A stretch of DNA of 64,000 bases from Bacillota bacterium (GTDB lineage Bacteria > Bacillota > Sulfobacillia > Fermentithermobacillales > Fermentithermobacillaceae), in the NCBI GenBank assembly GCA_050952065.1, contig JBMNKF010000002.1:309123-373122 (forward strand). Reading direction: 5' to 3'. A program made the position numbers and the translations under genes. The notes beneath the pieces are model-generated. The model did no database searches. It was not told where the DNA came from and saw only the letters and a list, made by a program, of their open reading frames with translations. The first letter of the stretch is position 1; each line of letters starts with the position of its first letter. Below are positions 8,916-21,369 of the stretch, piece after piece.

Positions 8916-9251
8916 TGATTGCCCCCCTACTTATTTGTCGAGTCGCTCATGGTTCTTGGGACCACCTGTGGATTCCCTTGTGGACACTTTAGAATCGCTC
9001 GACGGTTAATGACGTGAAAAGACTACTATTGGCAACGTACCGGGCAAGCCGACATTGGGGGTTACACATGGCATAAGACTGGAAGCCCACCATTAAGTAG
9101 GGTCGAAATCGGTCGAGGCAAGGCGACTAACGGTCGTAAAGTGTTACTGACCCCTCTGCAACGGCACGAAAACTGATATTATGGGTAACACTAGGTTACA
9201 GGGTGCGGGCATGGCGTCTTGTGACCGAGGTATTGTCCACGAGGAGGTAAT

Positions 9252-9974
9252 GTGTTGAGGGGCAATGGTCTGAAACGGGGGATCGGCATTGCACTAACAG
9301 GTTTGGTGGGTCTCGTTAGCGTTGCGGTGGTTCTCTCCGGTTGCCGCCCCAAGATCTACAACGACGGCACATACAAGGGGATTTCCACCGCAGGTGACAA
9401 GGGATATGCCATCGCCGATGTGGTGATTGAGAAAGACACGATTAAGTCAGTGAAACTTACGGAGATCAACGAACTGGGGTTAGAAAAGGATTACGCCACC
9501 TATCCATATCCTAAGGCTAAAGAGGCAAACGAAGAGATGGCCAAACGGTTCATTGGACGGTCTGACAACCAGGTGGACACCTACGCCGGAGCCACCATGT
9601 CAAGCAGCCAGTACAAAGAGGCTGTTGGTTTCGCTCTTGAGAAAGCCAAGAGAACGCCGAGCATCGAGACCGTTGCATTTGACGGTACCTTTGCGGGGCG
9701 ATCCAAGGAAACGCCTGAAGGATGGCAGGTGGCGTGGGTGACTATCCAAGGAGACAAGATCACCTCCGTGCGCCTTGACGATGTCGAGGATGGGAAACTC
9801 AAAGACTGGGTGACCTACTCCTATGTAAAGGCAGTGGAAGCAAAGGGCTTGCTTGAGAAAGCCATGGTGGACAAGAACACCACGATCGTGGATACCGTTG
9901 CCGGGGCCACCCGCAGCTGTACCGGCTGGATTGAGGCCGCCTCGCAAGCTTGGCAAAATGCCAAGGTGAGATAG
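9252..9974 (+). CDS. FMN-binding-domain lipoprotein (two FMN_bind-like repeats)
   Basis: Signal peptide with lipobox VVLSGC. There are two repeats each ending in the GAT(M/R)S motif (AGATMSSSQYKEAV, AGATRSCTGWIEA), characteristic of FMN_bind domains. An AGGAGG RBS lies upstream. Confidence 0.65.
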   Translation: MLRGNGLKRGIGIALTGLVGLVSVAVVLSGCRPKIYNDGTYKGISTAGDKGYAIADVVIEKDTIKSVKLTEINELGLEKDYATYPYPKAKEANEEMAKRFIGRSDNQVDTYAGATMSSSQYKEAVGFALEKAKRTPSIETVAFDGTFAGRSKETPEGWQVAWVTIQGDKITSVRLDDVEDGKLKDWVTYSYVKAVEAKGLLEKAMVDKNTTIVDTVAGATRSCTGWIEAASQAWQNAKVR

Positions 9975-10087
9975 ATAAGGTCGGCCCAAGAGAGACCGCA
10001 TATTGCCTAGGAGCTAGGAGAAGGATCCGCCTCCCGAGTAGAGAATATCCAAGATCGAGTGGACTAACTCATCGGGAGGTTTCTTCT

Positions 10088-11246
<1,159 letters not shown>

Positions 11247-11348
11247 GTAAACGTTTCGGTACTCTTTCGGGCAAATCGTACAAGATGAGTATGTGAGTGC
11301 CAGGTCCCTTGATTTGGGCCTGGCACTCGACTAAGGGAGGTTTTCTCT

Positions 11349-12353
11349 GTGAAGGACGCCGCTACCATACATAAGGAAGCCATTGTCATAGACGCCCATT
11401 GCGACACTATGCTTGGCATTGCCGGTCAAGGTTTCCGGCCTTCGTCAAGTCCAAGAGACTTCTTCACCCGAAACGATTCTGGTCACATCGACTTGCCCAG
11501 ACTCAAAGAGGGAGGAGTCACGTGTCAGGTAATGGCCCTGTTTGTTGGTGCGCAGTTCAAGCCCACGCGAGCTGCCAGGTGTACCTTAGAGCTTCTTGAC
11601 AGTCTCTACTCTCTCCTGGACCAAACAGAGGACTTCCGTTTAGCAACCAAGGCAGCGCATATCGAGGAGGCCAAGATGAAAGGAGAGGTAGCGGCCCTTC
11701 TGAGCATCGAAGGAGGCGAGGCGGTCGAGGGCAGCCTGGGGCTCCTGAGGTCGTTCTACAAGCTGGGAGTGCGAGCCATGGGGCTCACTTGGAACGAGCG
11801 TAACGATATTGCCGATGGTGTGGGTGAAACATCCGCGGGCTCTGGCCTAACAGATTTTGGAGTCTCTCTTGTTCGCGAAATGGAACGTTTGGGCATGTTA
11901 GTTGACGTTTCACATCTTTCTGATGCCAGTTTCTGGGCGCTGGACACAGTAGCCGAAAGGCCCTACATTGCGTCTCACTCAAACGCAAGGGCGTTGGCTT
12001 CAGCTAAGAGGAACTTAACAGACAGGCAGATCGAAGCCTTGGCTAAGAAGGGAGGAGTCATAGGGGTGGTGTTTCTGCCATCCTTTGTGGATGACAACCC
12101 TGACGCCGCATCAGTGGCCAGGCTTTGCGACCATATTGATCACATCAAAAAGATCGCCGGTATCGACCACGTGGGGCTTGGTTCCGATTTCGATGGTTAT
12201 CAAGTAGCGCCCGGGAAACCTGTCGTGATCGAAGATGCCAGCGAGATGCCGAAAATCACTGCCGAACTTGTGTCCAGGGGATATTCCGAGGAAGATGTCA
12301 AGAAAGTGCTGGGCGGCAACTGGTTGCGAGTATACAGAGAGGTCCTGGGGTAG
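11349..12353 (+). CDS. Membrane dipeptidase (peptidase family M19)
   Basis: N-terminal VIDAHCDT, later VDVSHLSD and GLGSDFDG motifs typical of renal-dipeptidase-family enzymes. Confidence 0.85.
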   Translation: MKDAATIHKEAIVIDAHCDTMLGIAGQGFRPSSSPRDFFTRNDSGHIDLPRLKEGGVTCQVMALFVGAQFKPTRAARCTLELLDSLYSLLDQTEDFRLATKAAHIEEAKMKGEVAALLSIEGGEAVEGSLGLLRSFYKLGVRAMGLTWNERNDIADGVGETSAGSGLTDFGVSLVREMERLGMLVDVSHLSDASFWALDTVAERPYIASHSNARALASAKRNLTDRQIEALAKKGGVIGVVFLPSFVDDNPDAASVARLCDHIDHIKKIAGIDHVGLGSDFDGYQVAPGKPVVIEDASEMPKITAELVSRGYSEEDVKKVLGGNWLRVYREVLG

Positions 12354-12434
12354 AGAAAGGCCAGGCAACCAGATAGTAGCTAATAGTAGCCGGCCTATGG
12401 CCGGCCGGTAGCCGGTCATCGCGTGTGGCGTCGT

Positions 12435-13271
12435 TCATGCTCGACCGTACTGGGTGCATCGGGATAAAAGATCCAGGTATCTGTAGGCGCTGCGGACCAA
12501 TTCGGCCGTCAAACCCGATGGGTCGCCTTCCAGAAAGCTGCCCATAACTGCAAGAACCACAGGACGATTGGGAAGATATATTATACCGGCGTCCACTGCC
12601 ACACAGTCCAAACCGCCGGGTTTGTTGGCCCTTCTTACTCTGGAAGGGAGACCTTGCGAAAACGGGCCGGACTTTGGGAGTTCCAGTATGGTCAAGACAT
12701 CCCTAGCCACCGGATCTGAGACTCCGTCCCTTTCATAGATCTTACGAACGAGTTCCGCCAATTCCCTGGGCGTGGAGACATTCTCATCGCCGCGCTGAAC
12801 TGCGTCGACGTCCATCATCTTCCTTCGGAGGCGGGTCTCCGTGAGTCCCAACCCTGCCAGGAGAGAGTTGACATAATCCATACCTGCTATGTCTATGCAC
12901 GCGTTGGTGGCAGCGTTGTCCGAGAGGGCGATCATCAAAGAGGCAGTGTCCCAAAGCGATATCTCCACAGGGTGTCTTAAGTGCGATAGGATCCCGCTTC
13001 CCGCCACCTTAGGCAGGTTTCTTGTGCACAATCGTTGTTCCCAATCGAGTTTACCCAAATGGGCCCCGGTCGCCAGGCCAAGGAGAACCGCGATCTTGAT
13101 GGTACTGGCAGTGGGAAATCCGATGTCATCCAGGAACCCCGATTCACGACGGCTCGTCAAATCCACAAGATGGTATCCCATGACGCCTGTGACTTGGCAT
13201 CTCTTTTCCAGTTCAAGTTGCATCCGACTCCACAGGACGTCTTGGGATGTTTGCTTTGGGTTCATGTTCAA
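12435..13271 (-). CDS. Class-A beta-lactamase-like serine hydrolase (no obvious signal peptide)
   Basis: SxxK (ASTIK), SDN (LSDNAATN) and a KxG-like motif (NKPGG) are present in the right order. Confidence 0.65.
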   Translation of the reverse strand: MNMNPKQTSQDVLWSRMQLELEKRCQVTGVMGYHLVDLTSRRESGFLDDIGFPTASTIKIAVLLGLATGAHLGKLDWEQRLCTRNLPKVAGSGILSHLRHPVEISLWDTASLMIALSDNAATNACIDIAGMDYVNSLLAGLGLTETRLRRKMMDVDAVQRGDENVSTPRELAELVRKIYERDGVSDPVARDVLTILELPKSGPFSQGLPSRVRRANKPGGLDCVAVDAGIIYLPNRPVVLAVMGSFLEGDPSGLTAELVRSAYRYLDLLSRCTQYGRA

Positions 13272-13463
13272 ACCCTACCACTCCCTTATGGAAGCTTGTT
13301 TTCTGAGTTTCGACGGTTGATGCTGTCAATCCTGCCTAAATAAGGCGCTTGCCTTATAGAGGTTTAATCGGGCGTTGGCGTAGAACAAGCAGTAAGTAGG
13401 ACAAGCAATAGTCAAGCAGTAGTACTGTAGAAATGTGCCCAAGAGGCAAACGGAGGACATGCA

Positions 13464-15149
13464 ATGCCGTACCCGCCAAGAGCGCTGCGAAGAAGGCCTC
13501 GGCCCATGACTTGGCCCTTCCTCGTTTTACCTATACTGCTCGGCATCGTTTACTGGGTCGTTTTCGCGCAATCGTATACCTACACTGACAAGGCGCCCGC
13601 ATCCAGGCCCTATCTGATTTACAGAGGCGATCGCCAGGTGTTCCCCGTTGTTGTTGAGGGCGGCGAAGCATATGTGCCGCTTTCGTTCATAAAAGAAGTC
13701 CTTGACCCCAACATCTTCTGGGAAGAAGAAGGACTAGTGGTGGTTACCACTCAAGACAAAGTCATCAAATTGGGGACCGACTCGCTGACGGCTTACGTCA
13801 ACCAACACCCTGTAGAACTAAGGTTTCCGGTGATCCTGGACGGCAACGAACCGTACATTCCGGCTACAACTTTGGAGATTCTCTACCCCGTCGCGACGTT
13901 CTTGTGGCCGGACGCCGGCACATTCTTCGTGAAAAGGACCGATGAAGAGGCTACAGTGGCGACGGCGTTAGATTCTGCCATAGTTAGGGAATGGCCGTCC
14001 AGTCGGGCCCGGAGGGTAGGCGTCGTGGAGCCGGGAGCTTCATTCCAGATCTACGATACAGTGAAAGATTGGTACCGTGTAGAGGTTTCTGGCGGCTTGT
14101 TCGGATATGTATTAGCTAAAGACCTTGGGGAATTGGAGACAGAGGGCGCCGACGTTCCTAAGTCCAAGCCGTATGAACCCAGTCCTTTGATTGGCCGAAA
14201 AGTCAGTCTCGTATGGGAGCCGGTGGAAAGATATACCCCTGACCCATCATCCATAGGCGATTTGTCGGGGATAAACGTGGTCTCTCCTACATGGTTCAGG
14301 CTTGGCGCCATTCCAGGTCAGGTCGAAAACTACGCTGATCGCCGATATGTGGATTGGGCTCATTCCAAAGGCCATCAGGTATGGGCGCTGTTTTCCAACT
14401 CCTTTGACCCGGATAGGACCAGGACCGTTTTGCGGGATTCCCTTTTGCGGGACCAAGTCATAGCCCAGATGCTGGTCTATGCCGAGGTCTACTCGCTCGA
14501 TGGCATAAATATCGACTTTGAGAACGTTTATCAGGAAGACGCCCCCTATTTGACCCAATTTGTGCGGGAGATGACTCCCCTTTTTCACCAGATGGGTTTG
14601 ACCGTTTCTATGGACGTGACGGTGAAATCCTTGAGCCCTACTTGGTCTCTTTGCTACGAGAGAGAACGTCTGGCGGACGCCGTTGACTACATCATGCTTA
14701 TGGCATACGACCAGTACGGCGGGAACTCCAAAGTGGCGGGTCCCAACGCCGCTTTGCCTTGGACGGAGTGGACCATCAAGACGACTCTAGAGGAGGTACC
14801 CAAAGAAAAACTTGTGCTTGGGATACCGTTCTACACTAGGTTGTGGAGAGAGACCCTATCCGACGGAGAAGTGAAGGTCACTCAGAGGGCCCTTGGGATG
14901 AAGGCGGCGCGGGATTGGATGGCTGCTGAGAAAGTTGTTCCCCGCCTAGATGAGGACAGTGGCATGGAGTACGCACAGAAGAAATCAGGGCCGGACACCT
15001 ACAGGATTTGGTTGGAGAATGCCGAATCAGTTAGGAAACGCCTTGAGTTGGCTAAGACCTACGATCTTGCGGGAGTCGCTGCTTGGAGCAGAGTTTTCGC
15101 CGACTCTGAAACGTGGCGCGTCATGGAAGAGTTTCTACTAAGAGACTAG
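13464..15149 (+). CDS. Secreted or anchored GH18 glycoside hydrolase (YaaH/YdhD-like) with stalk and SH3-like domains
   Basis: N-terminal TM, a copper-amine-oxidase-N-like segment, an SH3-like segment (DWYRVEVSGGLFGYV), and the GH18 catalytic motif GINIDFENV plus MAYDQYG. Confidence 0.75.
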   Translation: MPYPPRALRRRPRPMTWPFLVLPILLGIVYWVVFAQSYTYTDKAPASRPYLIYRGDRQVFPVVVEGGEAYVPLSFIKEVLDPNIFWEEEGLVVVTTQDKVIKLGTDSLTAYVNQHPVELRFPVILDGNEPYIPATTLEILYPVATFLWPDAGTFFVKRTDEEATVATALDSAIVREWPSSRARRVGVVEPGASFQIYDTVKDWYRVEVSGGLFGYVLAKDLGELETEGADVPKSKPYEPSPLIGRKVSLVWEPVERYTPDPSSIGDLSGINVVSPTWFRLGAIPGQVENYADRRYVDWAHSKGHQVWALFSNSFDPDRTRTVLRDSLLRDQVIAQMLVYAEVYSLDGINIDFENVYQEDAPYLTQFVREMTPLFHQMGLTVSMDVTVKSLSPTWSLCYERERLADAVDYIMLMAYDQYGGNSKVAGPNAALPWTEWTIKTTLEEVPKEKLVLGIPFYTRLWRETLSDGEVKVTQRALGMKAARDWMAAEKVVPRLDEDSGMEYAQKKSGPDTYRIWLENAESVRKRLELAKTYDLAGVAAWSRVFADSETWRVMEEFLLRD

Positions 15150-15162
15150 GGAGGATGTCAGG

Positions 15163-16596
15163 TTGAGCGTAGAGAGCATTAAGAAGGGCGGAGCACTCAC
15201 AGACAGCGTCATCGACCGACTTTTCCACGATCTATCAGAATTGAGCTACAAGGTCTGGGAGTATGCCGAGGTGGGTCTCCAGGAACATAAGTCTAGTGCG
15301 GCAGAGAGCGAGTATCTGGTCAAGCATGGATTCACCATACAGCCCAACATAGGCGGAATGCCGTCGGCGTTTGTTGCCGAGTGGGGCACCGGAAAGCCAG
15401 TCTTCGGTTTCCTAGGGGAGTTTGACGCCTTGGCAGGCCTGTCTCAGGAAGTGTCTCCCGAGAAGAAGCCACTGGTTCCGGGGGCGCCCGGTCACGGATG
15501 CGGCCACAACCTCTTAGGGGTGGGAGCCATAGGTGCCGCCATCGCCCTCAAAGAGTACCTCCAGGAGAACAACCTTTCCGGTACGGTACGGTACTATGGA
15601 TGTCCCGCCGAAGAGACTCTGTGCGGAAAGGTATTCATGGCTAAGGCCGGCGTATTTGATGACTTGGAGGTGGCGATTACCTGGCACGGCGGTGAGCTCA
15701 ACACTGTGCAGATGGGGTCTTCAAACGGAGTTAACTCAGCCAAGTTCACCTTCTTAGGAAAGACGGCGCATGCCGCAGGAGATCCCCACAACGGCAGATC
15801 GGCTCTGGATGCAGTCGAGCTCATGAACATTGGAGCCAACTACTTGCGCGAGCACGTGATTTCCCAGGCGAGGGTCCACTACGTGATTACCGAAGGCGGC
15901 GGACAGCCTAACGTCGTGCCCGCAAGAGCCCAGGTTTGGTATTACGTGAGAGCACCCCACCGCAGCCAAGTGGTAGAAATCTACGACCGTCTCATGGATG
16001 TGGCTCGCGGTGCCGCCCTCATGACAGGAACTACGTTTGAGGTCGAGTTCCTTGCAGGCTGCTACGATGTTCTCCCCAACTATACCCTTGCCAACATCGC
16101 TTTGGAGCAGTTTAGGGAAGTGGGAGGCCCTGTATTGTCACCTGAAGAAGAAGCGTTTGCACTCAGATTGAGCGAGAGCATTGACAAGAAACAGAAGGTC
16201 GAAGCGCTCAAGGCCATGGATGCCCCCAAGGAGGTTTTCGAGCAGGTAGTTAATACGACAGTTATCGAACCTCTGGACAAAGGTAAGACAATGGCGGGCT
16301 CCACCGATGTGGGAGATGTCAGCTGGATTGTTCCTACAGTGCAGGTTTCTGCCGCGTGCTGGCCGCTGGGGACTCCGGGTCACTCGTGGCAGATCACGGC
16401 GTGCTCCGGTCATTCTCTCGGGATGAAAGGCACAGTCGTTGCGGCCAAGACCATGGCCAGAACGGCAGTTGTCTTAGCCAATGATCCTGAGGCTATGAAG
16501 AGGGTCTGGTCTGAGTTCCGGGAAAGACTTGGGGAGGACAAGTACGTTTCGCCAATACCTGACGGAGTGGAGCCGCCTTTAGGGCAGTTTCGGTAG
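15163..16596 (+). CDS. M20-family amidohydrolase (AbgB / aminobenzoyl-glutamate utilisation B-like)
   Basis: GHGCGHNLLG metal-binding motif, a YYGCPAEE segment, and ~477 aa, typical of M20D/AbgB proteins. TTG start. Confidence 0.75.
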   Translation: MSVESIKKGGALTDSVIDRLFHDLSELSYKVWEYAEVGLQEHKSSAAESEYLVKHGFTIQPNIGGMPSAFVAEWGTGKPVFGFLGEFDALAGLSQEVSPEKKPLVPGAPGHGCGHNLLGVGAIGAAIALKEYLQENNLSGTVRYYGCPAEETLCGKVFMAKAGVFDDLEVAITWHGGELNTVQMGSSNGVNSAKFTFLGKTAHAAGDPHNGRSALDAVELMNIGANYLREHVISQARVHYVITEGGGQPNVVPARAQVWYYVRAPHRSQVVEIYDRLMDVARGAALMTGTTFEVEFLAGCYDVLPNYTLANIALEQFREVGGPVLSPEEEAFALRLSESIDKKQKVEALKAMDAPKEVFEQVVNTTVIEPLDKGKTMAGSTDVGDVSWIVPTVQVSAACWPLGTPGHSWQITACSGHSLGMKGTVVAAKTMARTAVVLANDPEAMKRVWSEFRERLGEDKYVSPIPDGVEPPLGQFR

Positions 16597-16736
16597 AAAG
16601 TGAAACCAAACGGGGTTCTCCTCGTCTCAAGAAAATGGACTACTGATTTCGTCTGTTTGTTTCCCGGTGGTAGCACAAAACACAATCCTGCCAGCCCCTA
16701 AACGGTGGTGCAGGAGCTAGGGATAGGAGAACCTCT

Positions 16737-18095
16737 ATGTCACGAAACGTTGAGAATCGAGACCCGGGACCTTATCCGGTCGGTCGAAGGGCAGCCAGAC
16801 GAAGAGACAAAACAGGGGCCGTCGTATGGTTGGTGGCAGTTCTGTTGATTGTAGCCACGGTGATAGGTTTTTCGACCGGACTCATCAGATCTGGCAGTGC
16901 ACCCAAGAACGGCGACGAAGGGCAAAGCGGGCAAGTGCCCGGCGATGGCGGTAACGGCGATGGGACGGGTGACGGAACCGGTGGTTCCGGTAGCGGTTCA
17001 GGTAACGGAAACGGGTCAGGCATTGGCGATGCAAATGGTGATGGTGCTGGCAACGGGGATGCCAATGGCCGGGAGCATTGTACCGAGGCCAAGGCTGCCC
17101 TGCTGGAAAAGGCCTCGGAGGCCCGAGGGGTCTACCTTACCATACCTGCTGTCGGAACGCCGGCCAAGATGACCCAGGTAGTTACCTTCGTGCGAGAGCA
17201 CCCCGGCCTTAATGCATTTGTTGTAGACTTGAAGGACAACCACGGGCAAGTCCCCTGCCCACCTCCTGAGGGAGTGCCGTCGCGCTCGGCGGGCTATCGG
17301 CATTACCCTGTACTCATCCGTGAACTCGCTCGTCAAGGGTACTACATGGCTGCACGGATTGTAGCTTTCCAAGATCCATACATTGCTGTCGAGCAGCCCG
17401 ATCTGGCTATACGAAAGGCAGACGGGAGTCTGTGGCGAGATCGTGATGGGCGGCTTTGGCTCAATCCGTACGACAAGAGAAACTGGGAGCACGTGATAAA
17501 TACAGCGTTGTGGGCTTTGGAAATGGGATTTCACGAAATCCAGCTGGACTATGTCCGGTTCCCGGACAGCGCTTCAGGCATCGAGTCTTCCACCCTTATG
17601 CCGGGTTCGGAAGACTTCCGGAATCGGGGACACGCCATTTCCGAGTTCCTCAAGTACATGGCCGACCAACTGGGAGACCGCGCCCTGCTTTGCGCCGACA
17701 TATTCGGATTCACGACTATAGCCGCGGACGATATGGGCATCGGCCAGAAGCTAGAAGAGGTGTCGGATTCGGTTGACATAATCAGCCCTATGGTTTACCC
17801 ATCCCATTATTACAACAAAGGAATCTACGGGTTCGACGTGCCTGAGGCCCACCCTTACGAGGTTGTGGGCAAGGCAATGGATGAGGCGCTAGAGCGTACT
17901 GAAGGCTTGAGAGTTCAGGTAATCCGCCCCTGGCTGCAGGATTTTTCTATGAGGATCAAGTATGGCGCCAAGGAAGTCCAGGATCAGATAAATGCCGTCT
18001 TCGAGAGGGGCATCAACACTTTTCTTCTATGGAATCCTTCTAACGTGTACACCGATGGGGTAGAGTACCGGCCACCGGGCGCTTCTTCTGACTGA
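16737..18095 (+). CDS. Membrane-anchored putative glycoside hydrolase (DUF4015-like) with a Gly/Asp/Asn-rich linker
   Basis: TM at aa 27-47, low-complexity linker GDGGNGDGTGDGTGGSGSGSGNGNGSG, then a TIM-barrel-like domain with HEIQLDYVRFPD, recognised from DUF4015. Confidence 0.6.
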   Translation: MSRNVENRDPGPYPVGRRAARRRDKTGAVVWLVAVLLIVATVIGFSTGLIRSGSAPKNGDEGQSGQVPGDGGNGDGTGDGTGGSGSGSGNGNGSGIGDANGDGAGNGDANGREHCTEAKAALLEKASEARGVYLTIPAVGTPAKMTQVVTFVREHPGLNAFVVDLKDNHGQVPCPPPEGVPSRSAGYRHYPVLIRELARQGYYMAARIVAFQDPYIAVEQPDLAIRKADGSLWRDRDGRLWLNPYDKRNWEHVINTALWALEMGFHEIQLDYVRFPDSASGIESSTLMPGSEDFRNRGHAISEFLKYMADQLGDRALLCADIFGFTTIAADDMGIGQKLEEVSDSVDIISPMVYPSHYYNKGIYGFDVPEAHPYEVVGKAMDEALERTEGLRVQVIRPWLQDFSMRIKYGAKEVQDQINAVFERGINTFLLWNPSNVYTDGVEYRPPGASSD

Positions 18096-18235
18096 CGCTG
18101 ACTACTTAACGGGGCGAACACTGACTGCCATTACTATCCAAGGGGTAGCCACCCCAGGCTGTACACGTCAATCTCGCGTTCTGCCTCAATTGAGTTGGCG
18201 AGTTGGTCTACCCGGTTTGGTCCACACCATGATCT

Positions 18236-19726
<1,491 letters not shown>

Positions 19727-19923
19727 TTAACACCTTGGCAATTGAGTGGCAACTGTTTAATTGTGATTTATTAGTCCGCCTACGGTCTGCTCTCAGCGGC
19801 CCGTCAATGGGCCAAAACCTCTATGTCGCTTCATCCCCCGCTCGGGGTAGATAGTGGACGAGGCAATCTCTTACGCAGTAGAATGACCGAGATGAGTGGC
19901 GATTCACCAAGTGACGAGCGTCT

Positions 19924-21369
19924 TTGCCTCGAGTGCGCAGGAGGGATTCCGTGAGGGCCGTTGTAACCGACGCTAGACTGCGCGTGGCTGTCAGCATCAT
20001 CAGATCTCTGGGTGAAGCCGGGGTTTCAGTCGTTGCTGCCGAAGCGTCAGGCACCCGGAATGTCTTAGGCTACTACTCTAAGTTCACCTCTTACCGGTTG
20101 AGGTTGAGTCATTCGGCCAGGACGGCTCCCTCCGCCGCTGACCTGAAAGCGCTTCTAGAGGCCGCAGGTGAAGACGGTGTCGTTGTGCCGACCTTCACTT
20201 CTATGGTGGAACTCCTGTCCAGGCACGCGGAAGAAGCTTCTACCGACGGGACTCGCGCCGAAAGGGCCCACCCCGGAAGAACCGGCACTGGAGGAACCTT
20301 GGCCGAAAGAACGTACATCGAACGCACTCTTGCCAAAGCATCACACGTCCAGAGAACCCGCTTCAAAGAAACCCGGAACCAGAATCTTCTCCAGGCCCGT
20401 GAAGGAGACGATATCCCAAGTCTACCCGGGGCGAGCGGTCCTCGTTTCTTGGTTCCTCCGCTGTCATCGTTTCGGATAAGTCACGACAAGGCCCAATGCT
20501 TCCGTTTGGCCAAGAGTCTGGGCGTGCCTGTTCCCGAGACACGTTTTCCTAGGGATGAAGAAGCAAGCCTTGACTATGCCGCGGATGACGGAAAGGACAC
20601 AAAGTGGGCAGAACGCCTACCATATCCTGTTATTATCAAGTACAGGTCCGGTGAGGATCTGGGGCTTCCTGCGGCCCAGCGATACTGTATCGCAAGGTCG
20701 CCCGTAGAAGCGCTGCAAAAGTATGGCGAGATGGACGCCATCCAAGAAAGCCCCCTAGTTCAGGAATACGTGGAGGGCGAGGACTGGGGAGCGGCGCTCC
20801 TCTACGACTGGCAGTCGCGACTAGTGGCTGCATTCACGTACAAGAGCATCCGCGAACGTCCGAAAGGAGCCGGGCCAACGGTTTACGCTGTGTCGGAATC
20901 CTGCCCCGAACTGGTGGAATATAGCCACCGCGTGCTCTCGGCCCTCAGATGGAGAGGTGTGGCTATGCTCGATTTCCGCAAGGGGCGAGACGGGAAGTTC
21001 CGGCTTCTTGAAATAAACCCGCGGTTTTGGGGGAGTATTGCGTTGTCGATTCTGGCGGGAGTGGACTTCCCTATGTTGTATTACAGATGCTGTCTGGGTG
21101 AGGACATTGCCTCTCGCTCTCATGGTACTTGGCCGCTCTTCCAGGAAGACGGCGTCAAGGTCCGCTTCTTCCCTCAGGACTTTTTGTCCCTTGCCCAGTA
21201 CGCGAAGCACGCCGGAAACACCGCCTTACGCAGTATGGGGTATGTGGCACGGGAAGGGTTTAAACTGCTAAACCCGGGGCTGAAGGATGGGCTGTTGAGC
21301 CTTTCGGATCCACTGCCCGGTTTGGCGTACTTGGTAGGAGGTGCGTTTTCTAGACATGGCCGGACCTAG
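19924..21369 (+). CDS. ATP-grasp domain protein with a ~70-aa low-complexity insertion
   Basis: Pre-ATP-grasp N-terminus (RAVVTDARLRVAVSIIRSLGEAG) and ATP-grasp C-terminal motifs (LLEINPRFWGS). The start is uncertain (19924 or GTG 19951). Confidence 0.65.
   Translation: MPRVRRRDSVRAVVTDARLRVAVSIIRSLGEAGVSVVAAEASGTRNVLGYYSKFTSYRLRLSHSARTAPSAADLKALLEAAGEDGVVVPTFTSMVELLSRHAEEASTDGTRAERAHPGRTGTGGTLAERTYIERTLAKASHVQRTRFKETRNQNLLQAREGDDIPSLPGASGPRFLVPPLSSFRISHDKAQCFRLAKSLGVPVPETRFPRDEEASLDYAADDGKDTKWAERLPYPVIIKYRSGEDLGLPAAQRYCIARSPVEALQKYGEMDAIQESPLVQEYVEGEDWGAALLYDWQSRLVAAFTYKSIRERPKGAGPTVYAVSESCPELVEYSHRVLSALRWRGVAMLDFRKGRDGKFRLLEINPRFWGSIALSILAGVDFPMLYYRCCLGEDIASRSHGTWPLFQEDGVKVRFFPQDFLSLAQYAKHAGNTALRSMGYVAREGFKLLNPGLKDGLLSLSDPLPGLAYLVGGAFSRHGRT

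Noticed and set aside
7875-9251. Integrated prophage remnant or genomic island at tRNA-Arg
   Set aside because: There is no integrase, recombinase or phage gene, and I could find no direct repeat of the tRNA 3' end. It is kept only as a low-interest observation.
16772-17092. 106-aa Pro-rich minus-strand ORF
   Set aside because: It is the mirror image of the Gly/Asp/Asn-rich linker of the DUF4015-like gene, so it is a shadow ORF.
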